DNA of 63,950 nucleotides, counting the filler, from Octopus bimaculoides (Eukaryota), in the NCBI RefSeq assembly GCF_001194135.2. It is 9 parts of 9 records of this genome, joined end to end, with 100 filler letters (N's around TTAATTAATTAA, not from the genome) between each part and the next. Parts side by side here need not be neighbours in the genome. Positions count along the whole stretch, not along the records: positions 61,632 to 63,950 come from NC_068981.1; 8 more parts are not named here. One strand, 5' to 3'. The notes below the pieces were generated by a model. That model was not told the origin of the DNA. It worked only from the letters and a program-made list of their open reading frames with translations, and did not search any database. Positions within the stretch are counted from its first letter, which is position 1. Each line of letters opens with the position of its first letter. This document shows positions 63,320 through 63,950 of this stretch, piece by piece. The position numbers were made by a program, and so were the translations under genes.

Positions 63320-63408
<89 letters not shown>

Positions 63409-63713
63409 ATCTATTTATATATGCATACACATACGTACATATACACTCACACACGCATACAGATATACATGCATACATACAGCAGAATCTCTCTTTGTGT
63501 ATAAACATGTGTGTATTTATTGTGAATTATACAAATTTTCCTGCATATATACAGATATAACAAATGGAATTTAGTAGAGAGAAAACGTGAGAAAAATTGA
63601 AAGAAGGGGATTTGTAATTAGGTTCTTAAGTAGAAAAATCTCTGGTAAATATAGATGTTAGATGTGATAATACATTAGTTTGAATATATATACAAATACA
63701 TATAAACATATAT

Positions 63714-63745
<32 letters not shown>

Positions 63746-63897
63746 GCGCGCATACACATACTGTATATATGTGCGTGTGTGTGTACAGACACGCACATAC
63801 GTATTTCGTATTTGTATATATATTCATATGTATGTACAAATGCAAACAAACGCACGCACACGCACACATACACATGCATGCATTATAAGGACACGCG

Positions 63898-63950
<53 letters not shown>

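Noticed and set aside
221-63900. Most ORFs in the supplied track ([16 protein letters not shown], poly-X, poly-T/A/V)
   Set aside because: These are translations of microsatellites and N gaps.
1-63950. CRISPR arrays, rRNA genes, prokaryotic operons
   Set aside because: No repeat-spacer arrays or rRNA motifs; the sequence is animal genomic DNA.

Overview
Eukaryotic, gene-poor, AT-rich DNA packed with microsatellites and assembly gaps. The SINE families and repeat density strongly suggest an octopus (cephalopod) genome; this is inference, not a database match. No intact host gene is recognisable. The window holds many SINE copies from three tRNA-headed families. It also holds decayed fragments of two mariner transposons, two RTE LINEs (one ending in three C2H2 fingers), a Tx1/L1-type LINE 3' end, a Jockey/I-group RT, and two Penelope-like elements (Neptune-type and Naiad-type GIY-YIG). 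Several MITE-like foldbacks are present. The most interesting signals are: (i) a set of hammerhead-ribozyme motifs, including one full type-I fold with an intact core at 49703-49769 and a recurrent CUGUUGA core variant; (ii) a Tx1-type LINE 3' end that matches one of two alternative tails of a SINE family; (iii) a (TAA)n-targeted retroposon; and (iv) a CpG-depleted domain at about 34.3-41.2 kb with a phase-compatible chain of candidate exons. Eight 100-bp spacers (44 N + TTAATTAATTAA + 44 N) are artificial scaffold joins, so adjacency across them is not reliable.
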